64,000 nt of DNA from Geopsychrobacteraceae bacterium (GTDB lineage: Bacteria > Desulfobacterota > Desulfuromonadia > Desulfuromonadales > Geopsychrobacteraceae), in the NCBI GenBank assembly GCA_963676795.2, contig CAXXTB010000002.1:832001-896000 (forward strand), given 5' to 3'. This document shows positions 33,403 through 42,740 of the stretch, one piece after another (within the stretch, counting starts at the first letter, position 1; the number at the start of each line of letters is the position of its first letter). A program made the position numbers and the translations under genes. The notes beneath the pieces are model-generated. The model was given only the letters and a program-made list of their open reading frames with translations. It made no database searches and was not told the origin of the DNA.

Positions 33403-35022
33403 ATGACGAGGATGACGAAGATGGGTCGCTCAGGAGGAAGATCGACGCGCTGGCTGCCACGGCTGCTGTTCTGTTCCGCCCTGTGCGGTTTTTTAATTAG
33501 TGGAGGCGTGGTATTCGCGGCGCATGATCTGCAGCTCAGCAATAATCTTTCAGCGACTTTCAATGATACCAGTGGCCCGGGGCGTGACCAGTCCTGGCTG
33601 AATGATGGCTGTTATTTTCTGGATGTTCTGTCCCTCACAGGGCGGGGAGATTTCAACAGCTACAGATATCATTTTTCTCTGGCCGGCAAGGCGACAAATG
33701 ATTCCCGTTCTGATACGCAGCGTTATTCCCTTACCAACCTGCAGGGACGTTTGACCAACCGGATTCATACTTTGACAGCCGGTGATGCCTTTGAATCATT
33801 TTCCCAGTATTCCTTGTCCACTGCAGTCAAAGGGGCATCGTATCGTTATTCCAATGAGGAGAACCATCTGCCGGACGTTGCCCTGGTTTACGGGGTTGCA
33901 TATGCCCGCTGGGATAATTTCTGGGGATTGGACGCTGTTCAACGCAATGTTTTGGGTATCCGTGCTGCCCAGCATGTCACGGATGATTTTACAATCGCGG
34001 CAAACTATGTCCAGTCGCGTGATCATAACCGGATTGCCGGTAGTTCACTCTATGATACAGATGTTGTCACCATTGACTGGGAGTATCTGCCAATCCCCGG
34101 CCTGACTGTCCGAGGTGAATCTGCTTACGGCCAATCGGAAGAATCTCTGGACGGAGTGAGTGGCACCCTGGACAAAGATGGTTTCGCTCATCACCTGGAA
34201 GCGATCGGTGATGGTGGTCCGAGTCGGGTTGTCCTTGACTATGAGTATGTTTCGCCCGATTTTGTGACTCTGCTCGGTTCGGCGACATCCGACCGGGAAA
34301 AAATCAAGGCAACCTGGCGCTACAAGGCGACCCGGACTACGACATGGCATTTTTCTGCACTCTGGTATCATGATAATCTGGACGGCGACCTTGCTTACCG
34401 TACGGATCATTATCGGCCGGAAATTGGTGTCAGCAAGCGTCAGATATTTCACCGTCGTTATGCCGAAGCCGATGCCAGCTATAAATTTGACTATGCCAGC
34501 GGCGGCGGAATTGATGCTAAAAACCACTATCTCAATCTGGGCTACCGTGACCGCTTCGGGGTTCTCGATACAGATACCAATGTCGGTCTGATCTATTACG
34601 ATAACGAAACCCGTCGCGAGGGGGCTGAGTATACCTATAATACGACCCTGAGTTCACGTCACAGTACGGGACCCTTTGTTTTTAAACCGTCGATCCGCCT
34701 GGGAGGCTGGACCCTGGAGGATGAACTGGCTGATAGCAATGATCAGGTCTGGGAATATTCCTGCGGGCTGGGTGTTGATATCCCTTCAATGAAGCTGATT
34801 TCCCATTTCAGGGTCGGACAGAACAAGCTGATTACCGAGAACGGTGATGATGTGGATAAAATGCTTGCGAGTATGCACGCTTACTATCGTCCTGATTTTC
34901 TGTCGATGTTCAATTATGCTCAGCTCTATCTGCGCGGCAGCATTAATGATTTCAGCTATTCAACGTCCAGTCGCGACTTTGCGGAAAAAAGCCTGACTGC
35001 CGGGATCAATATCCGTTTTTAA
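33403..35022 (+). CDS. Hypothetical outer-membrane beta-barrel protein
   Basis: Signal peptide ending VFA|A; alternating aromatic/polar beta-strand pattern throughout; C-terminal SLTAGINIRF ends in Phe (BAM-type signal). Family not recognised. Confidence 0.7.
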   Translation: MTRMTKMGRSGGRSTRWLPRLLFCSALCGFLISGGVVFAAHDLQLSNNLSATFNDTSGPGRDQSWLNDGCYFLDVLSLTGRGDFNSYRYHFSLAGKATNDSRSDTQRYSLTNLQGRLTNRIHTLTAGDAFESFSQYSLSTAVKGASYRYSNEENHLPDVALVYGVAYARWDNFWGLDAVQRNVLGIRAAQHVTDDFTIAANYVQSRDHNRIAGSSLYDTDVVTIDWEYLPIPGLTVRGESAYGQSEESLDGVSGTLDKDGFAHHLEAIGDGGPSRVVLDYEYVSPDFVTLLGSATSDREKIKATWRYKATRTTTWHFSALWYHDNLDGDLAYRTDHYRPEIGVSKRQIFHRRYAEADASYKFDYASGGGIDAKNHYLNLGYRDRFGVLDTDTNVGLIYYDNETRREGAEYTYNTTLSSRHSTGPFVFKPSIRLGGWTLEDELADSNDQVWEYSCGLGVDIPSMKLISHFRVGQNKLITENGDDVDKMLASMHAYYRPDFLSMFNYAQLYLRGSINDFSYSTSSRDFAEKSLTAGINIRF

Positions 35023-35058
35023 CGTTTTCGGTGAGTGCCGATTTGAGAGGATAGACAT

Positions 35059-36279
35059 ATGTTGAAGAAACTTGCTCTGTTATTGCTGCTGTTTATCAGC
35101 GTTTTGTCGACTGATGCCAGTGCCAAATGGTGGATCTTCGGTCAGTCAGAGGAAACCGTCGCGACCCGTTATCTTTATCTGAATGATATCTCCTTTAACG
35201 AGCTTGATCAGCAGGTGACCCTTTATCGCGATCTGCTCCCGGATGGACGTGTCATTCTACGCGGCAAGGCCCAGTCCGGAAAAAGTCAGATCGGAAAAAT
35301 CGAGGTTAGCCTCGATAACCGGGAAAGCTGGCAGCCAGCCAGAAAAGACGCCAACGGCAGCTTTGAATTCAGTTTCACCCCGGAACTGAACAAGACCTAC
35401 GACCTTTACGTCAAGATCCTTAACACCACCGGGAAGAGTAATGAGGTTGAAGAAACCTATCGTCAGCTTACCGTTTCCGACAGCGACATAGAGAGCATCA
35501 TCCGTACGACTCTCGATTCCATGGTTCAGGCCTATATGGAGGAAAATCCTCGGGCATTCATGGCATCAGTCAATCCTGATTTTGCCGGAGACTACGCGTT
35601 TCTGGACAAGGCGGTACGCCAGGACTTCGGGGCTTTCGACGGACTTCAGCTTGCCTATACATTGAACAATGTCGCCTCCGGTAGCGGTGGAAAGGTCTAT
35701 GTTGCCCTGAGTTACAACCGGCTGGTAACCTCGGCGTACAGCGGTGAAACCCTGAGCGACAAGGGGTTGACCGAATTTACCTTCAGCCTCAACGGTAACA
35801 GGGCGACGGTTCTATCGATGAAGAACCCGCTCATTTTCGGTTTGAGCGATGCCGCCAATGTTGCGAATGGCACGGTCAATTCAAGTGAAAATGACAGCGT
35901 TCTGGCTGTCGGTCCGGACGGAACCCTTGATCTGGTGCCCGTAACCCAGGTCGGGGACGACTCTTTCGGTGGGGTCATTCCGGCTCCGGAGAACCTGACC
36001 ATTGTTTCGTTCAGTTATCCTGATCTGGAAATGCATTTCGATATCCCGGCGGGAATCAGTGAAGCTGATTATGACAAGGTTATCCAGTGGAGCACTTCTC
36101 CCACCGGCCCCTGGCTGGACGATGATATGGGCAGTTTTACCGGTGGAACATTCAACCAGTTTACTGTGCATTGCCGGCCGGAAATCTGGACTCCCGCCAC
36201 GATTTACTACCGCATCGCCTTTGAACGAAAAGCGGATAGTGAACGGGGTGCCTGGAGTAACCTGATTTTTGTCCCTTAA
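35059..36279 (+). CDS. Hypothetical exported protein: Ig-like + NTF2/SnoaL-like + FN3-like domains
   Basis: Signal peptide ASA|K; VILRGKA..IEVSLDNRESWQPA..FEFSF (Ig-like); TLDSMVQAYMEENPRAFMASVNPDF (NTF2-like start); PAPENLTIV..YYRI..GAWSN (FN3-like). Domain calls are by eye. Confidence 0.6.
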   Translation: MLKKLALLLLLFISVLSTDASAKWWIFGQSEETVATRYLYLNDISFNELDQQVTLYRDLLPDGRVILRGKAQSGKSQIGKIEVSLDNRESWQPARKDANGSFEFSFTPELNKTYDLYVKILNTTGKSNEVEETYRQLTVSDSDIESIIRTTLDSMVQAYMEENPRAFMASVNPDFAGDYAFLDKAVRQDFGAFDGLQLAYTLNNVASGSGGKVYVALSYNRLVTSAYSGETLSDKGLTEFTFSLNGNRATVLSMKNPLIFGLSDAANVANGTVNSSENDSVLAVGPDGTLDLVPVTQVGDDSFGGVIPAPENLTIVSFSYPDLEMHFDIPAGISEADYDKVIQWSTSPTGPWLDDDMGSFTGGTFNQFTVHCRPEIWTPATIYYRIAFERKADSERGAWSNLIFVP

Positions 36280-36306
36280 AGCCATGCAGTAAATGGGTCC
36301 AATTTT

Positions 36307-36350
36307 AGCGGCAGCCTCTTCGCAATCTAAGAGGCTGCCGCTTGTTTTTT
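36307..36350 (+). terminator. Intra-operon 14-bp hairpin with U-tract
   Basis: AGCGGCAGCCTCTT-cgcaatct-AAGAGGCTGCCGCT-TGTTTTTT, just upstream of the RBS of the next gene. Confidence 0.75.
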
Positions 36351-36364
36351 GTCATGAGGACGTT

Positions 36365-39300
36365 ATGAAGTGTCTGTTATTCATGTTGTTGCTGTTATTG
36401 CTCCCCGGGCTTTCTGTGGGCTGGGCCGCTACGACTGCACAGAGCGAGACGGCCAGGTTGGCCCAGCAGACCGTTCAGCAAAGCGCCAAGGGGAGCAGCA
36501 GCGGGGACTTCCTGCTCGAACTGCGTAATTCGGGCAGCGGAGGTTTCTATAATGAAGTGTTGTCTTTTGCCCAGGATCAGGCCAACAAGAACCTGAATAC
36601 CGCGCTTCAGAACGGCCGGGAGGCTACAGCTCTGGCCGGGCAGGTCAAGTCGATTCGGGACAAGATTGCCAAGGTCAACCAGGTGGTCGGCCGCCTGCTG
36701 GCCGTTGTCGATGTGACCAACAAACTGGCGGCCGAGGACGGTGAAGGCGCAGCCTGGTCAGCTGGTTTTACGATCCTTGGCGAGTTGGCGGGCAAAGAAT
36801 CGGTTGTCAAGGCATTGGGACTAACTTCAACGGCGCCAATCACTGCGGCCATTGTCGCCCTTCAGGTCTATAAGGCGAGCTGGGATGCCAAGGAAAAGGC
36901 CGCTCGTGATACGGGAATGGAGTCGATGTATGGTACCGTTGAAATCATCGTCCGCAATCGCAACCGTGAACTGGGGGAGGCACCGGGCCCCTTTCCGGCG
37001 ACATCAGAGAATATCGAGAAGGTCTGGCAGAAAATTCTGGCCAGTCCCGACTTTCGTAACTCTTTTGGCAACTATGTCGTGCAGAAGTTGGGCGGTCAAT
37101 GGCCGCAGCCCGGTTTTTTCTCCAGGATGGATGCAAGCTATGTCGGGCTGACTACAACGACGGCTGAAAATCTGCAGAGCCAGCGGGAAGAACTGGAAAA
37201 GAACAAAAGTGACATACAACGATATATCGCCAGTCTGCTGGCGAGTCTCAACAATGCCGCCAAGGTCGAGGAGCAGCGGATGCTGGCGGTCATTGCCCTG
37301 CGCAATCTGCAGAACTATTTTGCTCAGCATGGGGCGACGCTGGAAGCCGGGCTGAAAAATATGGAAAGAGCCAGTGGCAGAATCAGCGAAATGAAACAGT
37401 ACGCTGCCGCCTGCGAGGCGAATATCCGTCAATATATCAAGGAGAAGAGCCTTGATTCCTTAACCGCCCAGCGCTTCATGATTGTTATGTATGTCCGGGA
37501 TGTGTTGCGCTGGCTGCCGCCTGCAGGCGCGGATCAGGGCCTTGATGCCATCTTCAACCAACTGCAGAGCGGTTATCAGCTGGCTTCTGACGAGATTGAC
37601 AAACTCCGACTGGAGTATGACAAGAAGAATTCTGATCCTGAACCGCCGTTTTTAACTGCCCCTGACGCGCCTGGGCTCTATCTCCAGTTTTTCAAGGATG
37701 AGATAAAGCCTTTTGAATGGGATAACAGCGGAGGTCCCGATACCGTCATCGGCCAGATGCAACGGGTTCTGGCGGCCGGCCAGTTCCGAAGTACATTCGA
37801 TAAGACTGAACTTCCTGCCGGTCGGACCGACCTGGCCGGATCGGTCATCCGGGCATGGAGTGTGGAAAACTTCGCCGTTGCCGCCGCGGGGGGAACCACG
37901 GGAACTGTGTCAGCTCCGGGCGAGGACGAAAAAGAGCGGACGATCGATGGTTACTATGAGGACGTCCGCAAAAAACTGGCGAAGATATACCAGCAGGGGC
38001 CAGGTGGCCCGGTTGTCGGCGATAACTGGAAAGGTGCCTGGCAATTGGCAAACGATGCCCTGGGGCGGCTCTCTGGGGTCACCCGCCTGGAGTACAGGGA
38101 GACTGCGGAAAGCTTGACGAACATGCTCAGTGTCTACCAGGCCAAGGCGCAGCAGCTTCATGTCCGGGCCAGGGAAATTGATGGATGGTTTGTCCAGTTC
38201 GGCGCTCAGGCCTTCAGCCCTGAATTTCTCGGCGTATCCCGGCCGACCACCGGCTTTGCGGGTGGGACGTTGCCTCAGAGTGGCGAGGACGATCCTCTGG
38301 CGATTGTTGCGCTGATTGCTTCCTTGGATCAGCAGTACGCAAATTTTCAGCTGTCACCTATCGCAGCGTCGACAGATGATTATCCCGGACCTACAGGTGG
38401 TATAACGCAGTCGCTGCATGATCATAGTTCCCGGTTGTTTGGAATTGGACAGAGTATTGAGTTCAGCTATTCTCCCTATCTGGATAAGATCGAAAGCCTA
38501 ACACTGGACATGGAACAGCTTGGAAAACGTTGGGATGAAGCGTTCAAAGAAGCCCAGGCCGATTTGGAGGATATTCGCCTGTTTGTAGACCCGGACTTCA
38601 TGGACTCCCCGCTTTTTCAAAGCTGGCAAACACGCAGGAAGAAAGTTCCGGACTGGGTGAACTATCAGACCCGGCTCGCACGTGAGTTGACAGAGCGGAT
38701 TGAGCGCTACAGCACGGAACAGCGAGAAACGGCGCGTTACCTTGACGTGATCAGGAGAAACATTGAACAGTGGCTGCGGGAAGCGGTGAATCAGGAAATT
38801 ATGCAGGACCATGGCAGTGGCATGGGTAACCTGAAAACAGGCTATAATTTTTCAGGTTCCGATCCCTTTGTGAAGTGGAAGCCCTATCTTCACTATTTGA
38901 CCAGGGCTGAAAAACAGCGCTTAAAGACCGAGTCGCTTACCCTCTGGAAGGGGAGTGGGTTGGAAAAATTCTGTGCGTCCTATGCTGAATGGCTGCAGGC
39001 TAAGGTCGATGCCTATTGGCAGGAGTATGACCAGCTGCCGACTCTGAATACAGATAATTTCCTCGTCGGCGAGGTGGCTGCCACGAGCCGTAGCTATTCT
39101 CCGCAGGCGGTAACAGCAGAGGTTTTGAATCAGGCTGAACAGCTATCCAGCCGGATGGTGCCCGGACGCGAAGACTTTGAAGCTCTTTATGGGCAGATGC
39201 GCAGCCTCTTGCCGTTGGAAATTTCTTTTCCCCTGCAACCGGACAAGGAGACCTTCCGTCCCCTTGCTGATGTCACCTTGCGGGCTCCTCTGGCCGGGCG

Positions 39301-40093
39301 TTATGTTGCATTACGGGACGCCCTGAAGCAAAAGCTGGCGCTCCACTATCCCCTGAGGGAACAGCGTCTGGCCGAACAACGGCGCCAGCAGAATAACCTT
39401 GCCAGCCAGAAGCTTCCCGGCCTGCTTGGACAGTTGCGTGGAAAGATCTCTTCCGGCAGGAGATTGGTCAAAGACGCAGAGATGCTGGCTGGTCGTGGTC
39501 CTCAACTGGACAGTCTGCTCGTCAGCCTGAAAGAGGCGGAAGGTCAGTTGTTTGAAGCTCCATATCCAGAAACCCGCGATCTTTATCTGCCACTGGTGAA
39601 CACAGGTGCTTATCAGGCGCTGGTGCTGCAGGTCCAGGAGACCTTTCGAGAAATGGAGCACTTGCTGGCCGATTTGCGCCAGACGTTCAGGCGGCTTGAG
39701 AAGCAGAAAGACGATTTACGCCCTGAGGTGGAAAGATTCTACGCCGTATTTATCCAGAACTACCAGCAGAAGAATGTCTCAGGTCTGCTGGCCGCGCTGG
39801 ATGATCACTGGGAGGCTGGAGATGGCACGACTCTCTGGGATGTCGAAGCCTATTTTCATAACATGTTCAACGTCTTTGATGATATTGAATTCAGGATCAG
39901 CAATCTCAGTCTGGAGAAACTCTCCGGTAGCCGTTATCTGGCCAGTTATGAAACCGTTATCACCGGACATATCTATGCCGATGATCTCGAACACGTCGAA
40001 AAATCGGTTGTCAGTGAAGAACTTGACATCTCAGCGACGGGCAAAATCCGAATCATGCGCACCCCGCAAGGGCGGCTCTGGTTTTTGAATTGA
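36365..40093 (+). CDS. Large hypothetical exported, mostly alpha-helical protein with C-terminal NTF2/SnoaL-like domain (~1240 aa)
   Basis: GAGGA RBS before ATG 36365; signal peptide GWA|A; helical/coiled-coil body; C-terminal VERFYAVFIQNYQQKNVSGLLAALDDHW..FDDIEFRISNL. Confidence 0.65.
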   Translation: MKCLLFMLLLLLLPGLSVGWAATTAQSETARLAQQTVQQSAKGSSSGDFLLELRNSGSGGFYNEVLSFAQDQANKNLNTALQNGREATALAGQVKSIRDKIAKVNQVVGRLLAVVDVTNKLAAEDGEGAAWSAGFTILGELAGKESVVKALGLTSTAPITAAIVALQVYKASWDAKEKAARDTGMESMYGTVEIIVRNRNRELGEAPGPFPATSENIEKVWQKILASPDFRNSFGNYVVQKLGGQWPQPGFFSRMDASYVGLTTTTAENLQSQREELEKNKSDIQRYIASLLASLNNAAKVEEQRMLAVIALRNLQNYFAQHGATLEAGLKNMERASGRISEMKQYAAACEANIRQYIKEKSLDSLTAQRFMIVMYVRDVLRWLPPAGADQGLDAIFNQLQSGYQLASDEIDKLRLEYDKKNSDPEPPFLTAPDAPGLYLQFFKDEIKPFEWDNSGGPDTVIGQMQRVLAAGQFRSTFDKTELPAGRTDLAGSVIRAWSVENFAVAAAGGTTGTVSAPGEDEKERTIDGYYEDVRKKLAKIYQQGPGGPVVGDNWKGAWQLANDALGRLSGVTRLEYRETAESLTNMLSVYQAKAQQLHVRAREIDGWFVQFGAQAFSPEFLGVSRPTTGFAGGTLPQSGEDDPLAIVALIASLDQQYANFQLSPIAASTDDYPGPTGGITQSLHDHSSRLFGIGQSIEFSYSPYLDKIESLTLDMEQLGKRWDEAFKEAQADLEDIRLFVDPDFMDSPLFQSWQTRRKKVPDWVNYQTRLARELTERIERYSTEQRETARYLDVIRRNIEQWLREAVNQEIMQDHGSGMGNLKTGYNFSGSDPFVKWKPYLHYLTRAEKQRLKTESLTLWKGSGLEKFCASYAEWLQAKVDAYWQEYDQLPTLNTDNFLVGEVAATSRSYSPQAVTAEVLNQAEQLSSRMVPGREDFEALYGQMRSLLPLEISFPLQPDKETFRPLADVTLRAPLAGRYVALRDALKQKLALHYPLREQRLAEQRRQQNNLASQKLPGLLGQLRGKISSGRRLVKDAEMLAGRGPQLDSLLVSLKEAEGQLFEAPYPETRDLYLPLVNTGAYQALVLQVQETFREMEHLLADLRQTFRRLEKQKDDLRPEVERFYAVFIQNYQQKNVSGLLAALDDHWEAGDGTTLWDVEAYFHNMFNVFDDIEFRISNLSLEKLSGSRYLASYETVITGHIYADDLEHVEKSVVSEELDISATGKIRIMRTPQGRLWFLN

Positions 40094-40106
40094 GCTAGAT
40101 CTTATG

Positions 40107-40144
40107 AAAAAAAACTCCCCAGGCTTCGGCTCAGGGGAGTTTTT
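40107..40144. terminator. Bidirectional intrinsic terminator
   Basis: A-run-CTCCCC...GGGGAG-T-run between convergent genes. Confidence 0.8.
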
Positions 40145-40151
40145 GGGCTTT

Positions 40152-41036
40152 TCAGCGTCTGAACCTTTTGCTCAGATCGCCGTAGGCATCGATCCGCCGG
40201 TCGCGCAGGAACGGCCAGATACGGCGGACGTTTTCGCTGCGCCGCATGTCAATTTCAACACAGAAGGTCTCTTCACAGTCGCTGCTCGCCTGGGCGAGAA
40301 ATTCCCCCTGACTGCCGGCGACAAAGCTGCTCCCCCAGAACTGGGCCCCAGCGGTATGGCCGCTTGGATCGGCCTCAAAGCCGACCCGGTTGACCGCGAT
40401 GACCGGCAGGCCGTTGGCCACGGCATGGCCGCGCTGGACGGTGATCCAGGCCTGGCGCTGACGCTCCTGTTCCTCTGCCGTGTCGTCGGGGTCGAAGCCG
40501 ATGGCTGTCGGGTAGATCAGCAGGTCGGCACCGTCAAGAGCCATCAGACGGGCCGCTTCCGGGTACCACTGATCCCAGCAGACCAGCACGCCGAGGCGGC
40601 CGACCGAGGTCTCTATCGTATTGAAGCCGAGGTCGCCGGGGGTGAAATAGAACTTCTCATAGTAGCCAGGGTCGTCCGGGATATGCATCTTGCGATAGAC
40701 CCCGGCGATGCTACCATCCTTTTCCAGGACCACCGCAGTGTTGTGGTAGAGCCCGGTGGCCCGTTTCTCGAACAGCGAGGTGACCAGAACAATCCCCAGC
40801 TCTGCAGCGATGCGGCCGAAGATCTCGGTCGCCGGACCGGGGATCGGTTCGGCCAGGTCGAACTGTCCGGTTTCTTCGCTCTTGCAGAAGTATTCGCTGC
40901 AGTGCAGCTCCTGCAGTACAATCAGTTCGGCACCCTGAGCGGCCAGCTGACGGATCGCATCGATGCTGCGGGCGACGTTCTCCTGACGCGCTGGGGTACA
41001 ACGCTGCTGGACCAGACCGACCTTGAGTGTTTTCAT
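40152..41036 (-). CDS. aguB: N-carbamoylputrescine amidase (carbon-nitrogen hydrolase)
   Basis: LQELH, YRKMHIPDDPGYYEKFYF, VCWDQWYPE, PFLRDRR; coupled to aguA. Confidence 0.92.
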   Translation of the reverse strand: MKTLKVGLVQQRCTPARQENVARSIDAIRQLAAQGAELIVLQELHCSEYFCKSEETGQFDLAEPIPGPATEIFGRIAAELGIVLVTSLFEKRATGLYHNTAVVLEKDGSIAGVYRKMHIPDDPGYYEKFYFTPGDLGFNTIETSVGRLGVLVCWDQWYPEAARLMALDGADLLIYPTAIGFDPDDTAEEQERQRQAWITVQRGHAVANGLPVIAVNRVGFEADPSGHTAGAQFWGSSFVAGSQGEFLAQASSDCEETFCVEIDMRRSENVRRIWPFLRDRRIDAYGDLSKRFRR

Positions 41037-42064
41037 GGCAGAACTCCTTGTGGCAGTTGCATGGTGATGCAGTGCAGCGAGCCATGCTGGCGGATCAGCG
41101 GCCGGCAGTCGATGCCGACGATCTCCCGGCCCGGAAAGGCTGTGGCGACGGCTTGGAGTGCCTTGTGATCGTTAGCGTCGGCGTAGGTCGGAACCAGCAC
41201 TGCATCGTTGATGATCAGGAAATTGGCGTAGGTCGCAGGCAGGCGCTCCTCTTCATCGTAACAGGCGTCCGGCCAGGGCAGAGGGATCAGCCGGAAGGGC
41301 TGCCCTTCACGGGTGCGGAAGCTGGCGAGCTGTTCTTCCATCTGCTTCAGGGCCGGGTAGTGTTCGTCCTGCTGGTTGTCACACTGGACATAGAGAATCG
41401 TATCGTTCGGACAGAGTCTGGCCAGGGTGTCGATATGGGAATCGGTGTCGTCTCCGGCGAGGTAGCCGTGGTCGAGCCACAGCCAGTGATCGCAGCCGAG
41501 CAGTGGGCTCAGCTGTTGCTCAAGCTGCTTCCTGTCCAGGTGCGGATTGCGGTTGGGGTTGAGCAAGCATTCGGAGGTGGTCAGCAGGGTGCCCCGGCCA
41601 TCGCTCTCGATGCTACCCCCTTCGAGGATCAGCCCGGGAATTTTGCGCTCAAGGCTGGCCAGGATTCCCGAATCAGTCAGAATGCGGGTCGTCTGGTTGT
41701 CCCTGTCTGAGGCAAACTTCAGGCCCCAGCCGTTGAAGCCGAAATCGAGCAGGACAGGCGTCCCCTCCCTGTAAACTGTAATCGGGCCGAAGTCGCGGGC
41801 CCAGGTGTCGTTGGTCGGCGCCGGACAGAAATGCAGATTCTTAAGCGGGATTCCGGCAGCAACAAGCTGCTGACGAATCTTCTCCTGCTGTTCGGTCAGA
41901 ATAACCAGCTTGGCAAAGCGCAGGATCTCCCGGCTCAGGTTGACATAGACCTCGTCGACCTCGTCGAGCAGGGGTTCCCAGTCGCTGTCAGCGTGGGGCC
42001 AGGCAATCAGGACGGCGTCCTGAGCTTCCCATTCTGCCGGAAGGCGATAAGTGTGATTGGCCAT
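41033..42064 (-). CDS. aguA: Agmatine deiminase family protein
   Basis: PAEWE, WPH, DTWARD, EGGSIESDG, DTDSHID, GSLHCITMQ. Confidence 0.93.
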   Translation of the reverse strand: MANHTYRLPAEWEAQDAVLIAWPHADSDWEPLLDEVDEVYVNLSREILRFAKLVILTEQQEKIRQQLVAAGIPLKNLHFCPAPTNDTWARDFGPITVYREGTPVLLDFGFNGWGLKFASDRDNQTTRILTDSGILASLERKIPGLILEGGSIESDGRGTLLTTSECLLNPNRNPHLDRKQLEQQLSPLLGCDHWLWLDHGYLAGDDTDSHIDTLARLCPNDTILYVQCDNQQDEHYPALKQMEEQLASFRTREGQPFRLIPLPWPDACYDEEERLPATYANFLIINDAVLVPTYADANDHKALQAVATAFPGREIVGIDCRPLIRQHGSLHCITMQLPQGVLP

Positions 42065-42078
42065 TGACGCCTCTTTCC

Positions 42079-42645
42079 TTAACTTAAAAAGGTATGTTCG
42101 ATGAGGATTTTAACGCCGATTGCGATGAGCAGTAAACCGCCCAGGAGTTCAACCCGCTGTCCCCAGACCGCTCCCAGCCGGCGTCCGAGCAACATGCCGC
42201 AGACGGTCAGGATCGCTGCTGTTATACCGATGACCAGGGCCGGTGTCCAGATCGAAATGCCGAGCAGGGAAATGCTCAGTCCTACGGCCAGGGCGTCGAT
42301 GCTGGTTGCCACTGAGAGCAGGACCAGTGACATCCCTCTGGTCGGATCGCCAGACTCATTGTCCTGCTTGTCGTGATCGAAGGCTTCTCTGATCATTTTG
42401 ACGCCGACAAAGCCGAGCAGGATAAATGCCAGCCAGTGATCGTAGGCTTCAATATAGATGCGCAGTTTAAGTCCGGCCAGCCAGCCGAGGATCGGCATCA
42501 GCCCCTGGAACAGGCCGAAGTGAAAACCGAAGCGGAAGAGGTGACGGCTGGTCAGTCTGGGCAGGCCGAGCCCGGTGGCAAGGGAAACCGCGAAGGCGTC
42601 CATCGCCAAAGCGACCGCTACGGCGATTAAAGAGAGTGGATCCAT
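42079..42645 (-). CDS. mntP: Manganese efflux pump MntP
   Basis: ALAMDAFAVS, FQGLMP, DHW, ATSIDALAVG. Confidence 0.93.
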   Translation of the reverse strand: MDPLSLIAVAVALAMDAFAVSLATGLGLPRLTSRHLFRFGFHFGLFQGLMPILGWLAGLKLRIYIEAYDHWLAFILLGFVGVKMIREAFDHDKQDNESGDPTRGMSLVLLSVATSIDALAVGLSISLLGISIWTPALVIGITAAILTVCGMLLGRRLGAVWGQRVELLGGLLLIAIGVKILIEHTFLS

Positions 42646-42691
42646 CCGTTCTTTCTTTGCGTTCCGTCAGACAGTGATATGCCTGGCAGTC

Positions 42692-42740
42692 AGGCTGTTG
42701 AAAAAGCGAAACCTCTTTAACAGAGGCTTCGCGACAGCTT
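42692..42740 (-). terminator. Hairpin terminator after the cyclophilin gene
   Basis: Minus strand GCGAAGCCTCT-gttaa-AGAGGTTTCGC-TTTTT, inside an outer imperfect repeat AAGCTGTCG...CAACAGCCT. Confidence 0.75.

Noticed and set aside
33403..40093. Porin-cytochrome conduit, TonB receptor or two-partner secretion reading of the three-gene operon
   Set aside because: No CxxCH heme motifs, no evident plug or POTRA region, no TPS or beta-helix repeats in the passengers.
42646..42740. yybP-ykoY Mn riboswitch upstream of mntP, or an IS end (AGGCTGTTGAAAAA)
   Set aside because: The gap is short and explained by the cyclophilin terminator; no riboswitch consensus and no transposase remnant.
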